64,000 nt of DNA from an uncultured virus (IMG/VR IMGVR_UViG_3300045284_000273) (taxonomy: Duplodnaviria > Heunggongvirae > Uroviricota > Caudoviricetes), in the IMG/VR virus record IMGVR_UViG_3300045284_000273. One strand, given 5' to 3'. Below are positions 61,494 to 64,000 of this stretch, piece by piece. Position 1 is the first letter of the stretch; the number at the start of each line of letters is the position of its first letter. The position numbers and the translations under genes were made by a program. The notes under the pieces are model-generated. The model worked only from the letters and a program-made list of their open reading frames with translations, was not told the DNA's origin and ran no database searches.

Positions 61494-63936
61494 ATGGGTA
61501 GAGTTGGGATGATGCAACTCAATGACACGCCGAATGAGCACGCCTATCTGTTGCGCCTGTTGCGGCGGGAACAGGCGCGCTTGCAACGCTTGATCGAGGA
61601 CCCCGGCCCGTTGCGGGCGGGGGCGGTGGACCGCATACAGGAGGACCTGGTGACGGTGAACTCGATACTGGCCAAGTTGTGAAGCGCATCTATGTGATCG
61701 GCGGGACGTTGGTGGCGGCCAGAGAGTTGGCGCGTCAGCGGGAACTGCTGGAGCCGGATGCAGAGGTGCGGCACTACAGCGCCCACGATGTCGAGAAGTT
61801 GGCGGGTGTGCGGTTGCAGGATCACGATGAGGTGGTCACCGTGGCGATGCACCTGTGCTCGCAGCGCGCGGGCGCAGAGGTGTGGAGCATGATCAACACG
61901 TTGGAGGCGATGAGAGTGCTCAACGATCCGGAGTTGATAGCCAAAGCGGCTCGGGAGGCCGAAGAGGAAGAAGACAGGCGAACGATCGAAGAGTTGCGGC
62001 GCAAGATCGCAGAGCGGGACTTGGAGGAATACTTTGAGTGATGAGTTCTACGAGGCCGGGAAGATCGGCAAGTTCCTGCCGAGTTTGGGGGAGATGAAGG
62101 TCCATCCCAAGGTCTATGCCGAGATTCAGCGTGGCGAACATCAGGAGACGTTGAAGCCGGTGCTCAGCCAGAGTTGGGGCGAGTGGGACGTGATTGTCAC
62201 TACTGAGATACCAGCGGACAGGATCGTGTTCATCATTGCCGATGCGCAGGAGCAGGATGAGTTGCTGCACATCGCGCTGTTGCCGACCGAGGAAGAGTTG
62301 GAGATGCGCGAGATCGAGCGGTTGCGGAAGTTGATTGCGGAGCAGAGCGGTGAGTGACAGCGACGAGTGGACCCACTTGCCGTGGTGGGTCGAGGGCTAT
62401 CCACTGGCTCGGCAACTGGACGATGAGCGCTGGCTGGTGGCTTTCCATCTGGCAGAGGGGCGCGGCCGTGTTGCCGTGGCCTGTGAGCAGGACGCCACGC
62501 TGGAGGCCTATTGAATGCCCAGTTTCGAGGCGGCAGTTGTCGCCTGGACGAATTGGCCGGAGATTCCGGAAGGCTGGACTCGGCACATGTTGCCGAGCGG
62601 GAATGAGTACCCATGTTCGTGATGTGTTACCCGGCCTATGGGCCTCCGCAGACGTTCTGCAGTTGCGGGCACTACATCGAAATGCATGTGCGCAAGCCGG
62701 GGACGACGGCGGCGGTGTGTGTCGAGTGCATGGCTGTTGAGCTACAGCGGTTGGATCAGCGGCTCATCGAGCAGGGGGCGAACGTCCAGCGAGTGACGCT
62801 GGTCGAGTTGAGCGATGAAGAGCAAGAGGCGTTGGAGTTGCTGGCCCTGCGGCGGCTGTTGGAGAAGGCCCATCGGGACGAAGATGGACGATGAGCGGGC
62901 CTACAAGCCGTGGGCAGAAGTAGAGCAGTTGGCCAAGACGAGTTTCCACTGCCGGTTGTGCGGTGTCATCGAAGTCGTTGACACATCGGAGGGCTGGGTC
63001 AAACGCCATCTCGACGGCGAGCAGCATCAGGCCAAGATTGCCGAGGCCCAGAACAAGCACATGGTCGCCAACGCCGAGCGCTCGTTGAAACGCCAGGCGA
63101 AGATGGAGGCCGAGCAGCAGGCGCGCGAAGATGAGCAGGAGCGGCAGTGGTTGCGGGAAGAGATTGAGCGCATCCAGAGAGAGGACACGTTGTGATACTG
63201 TTGACCGTGGTGACGACGATCGTGATGATCGTGACGTTCTTCGTCATACGTCAGGTCCAGCACAACAAGGCCAATGAAATCCTCGACTCGTTCTTCCGGC
63301 AATATGTGCCTCAAGAACACTGGCCGGAGCACCTCAAGCCGCTGCCGGACCCTGAGATGGCCGAAATCGAAGAGTTGCGCCGCAAGTTGAAAGAGCAGCA
63401 AGAAGGGGATATGTGATGGAGAACTTGACGTGGAGATGTCACATCTGCGGAGATGAGCGGCCGGATGACAAGATCGGAGTGCGTCAGCACCTGACGATGA
63501 TCCGCGGCATCGAGGTCACTCAGAACGTGAGATACTGCACCGATCGGCCGGATTGCATCATCGGCGCAGAGAGCTTCCGGTTCGTCAGAGAGACGCTGTG
63601 ACACCACAGGAGTTGATCATCAGGGTCAAGTCGCGCCATCCGATCCAGTACGGCTTCCTCGGCAAGCTGATGATCGTCAACACCGAGAACGTGGTCGATG
63701 AGCGGATGACCGAGCGGTTCAACCGCTGTCCGGTGTGCGAGCAGTGGAGTCCGTGCGATGTGCGCGAGGTGGCCGACCTGTTGGAGCAGGAGATGGCGTT
63801 GGCCGACGACATCATGGACGTGCTGGCCCACATGGTCATCGGTTGGGAGGATCAGTTGGGTGTCGATCTGGCGCAGCATCCGGAAGTGCTGCGGGTGGCC
63901 GAGCGATACCGGGCTATGCGCGGGAGGCCACAATGA
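61494..63936 (+). other. Run of small, translationally coupled hypothetical ORFs
   Basis: ORFs 61679-62041, 62034-62357, 62613-62894, 62884-63195, 63192-63416, 63413-63601, 63598-63936 overlap at start/stop; many end in EIEELRR-type coiled coils or carry CxxC. Confidence 0.6.
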
Positions 63937-64000
63937 GCACTTCGTTCTCGGGCCTCTTGTCCGAGTTCGCAGGGCCGCGGTACCGTTTGGTCGGCACTGG

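Overview
GC-rich 64 kb segment of a large tailed phage (or prophage), most likely infecting Actinomycetota; the pilin resembles Acidimicrobiia-type pilins, which is an inference. Layout: (1) 0.5-20.7 kb, + strand replication/recombination operon: HTH replication initiator, degenerate DnaC-like loader, DnaB helicase, TOPRIM primase, SNF2 helicase, gp32-like SSB, family A DNA polymerase, RecA, two resolvases, Cas4-like exonuclease, SpoVS-like protein and a type IV pilin-like gene. (2) 20.8-28 kb, baseplate-spike/tail-fibre cluster. (3) 28-37.5 kb, mostly unknown, probably virion-associated genes. (4) 38-60.4 kb, small accessory/early-type genes diverging from a vWA / MoxR-AAA pair, with Ku and a second SNF2 helicase. 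(5) a hairpin-dense non-coding region at about 60.4-61.2 kb followed by small G-rich ORFs. I saw no capsid, terminase, integrase, tRNA or canonical CRISPR array. Top findings: (a) a stand-alone Cas7/RAMP-like gene (5372-6112) flanked by four non-coding tracts of 5-nt-periodic GGY-NN units, two of them closed by a conserved hairpin, which is a candidate non-CRISPR RNA-guided system (VIPR-like); (b) tail-fibre genes in which one small beta-module appears split between consecutive genes in a 5-to-5 correspondence, suggesting a daisy-chained branched fibre; (c) a genome-wide TGTGATACC-NN-GGTATCACA motif that also sits inside genes. All family calls come from motif recognition by eye and no searches were run.
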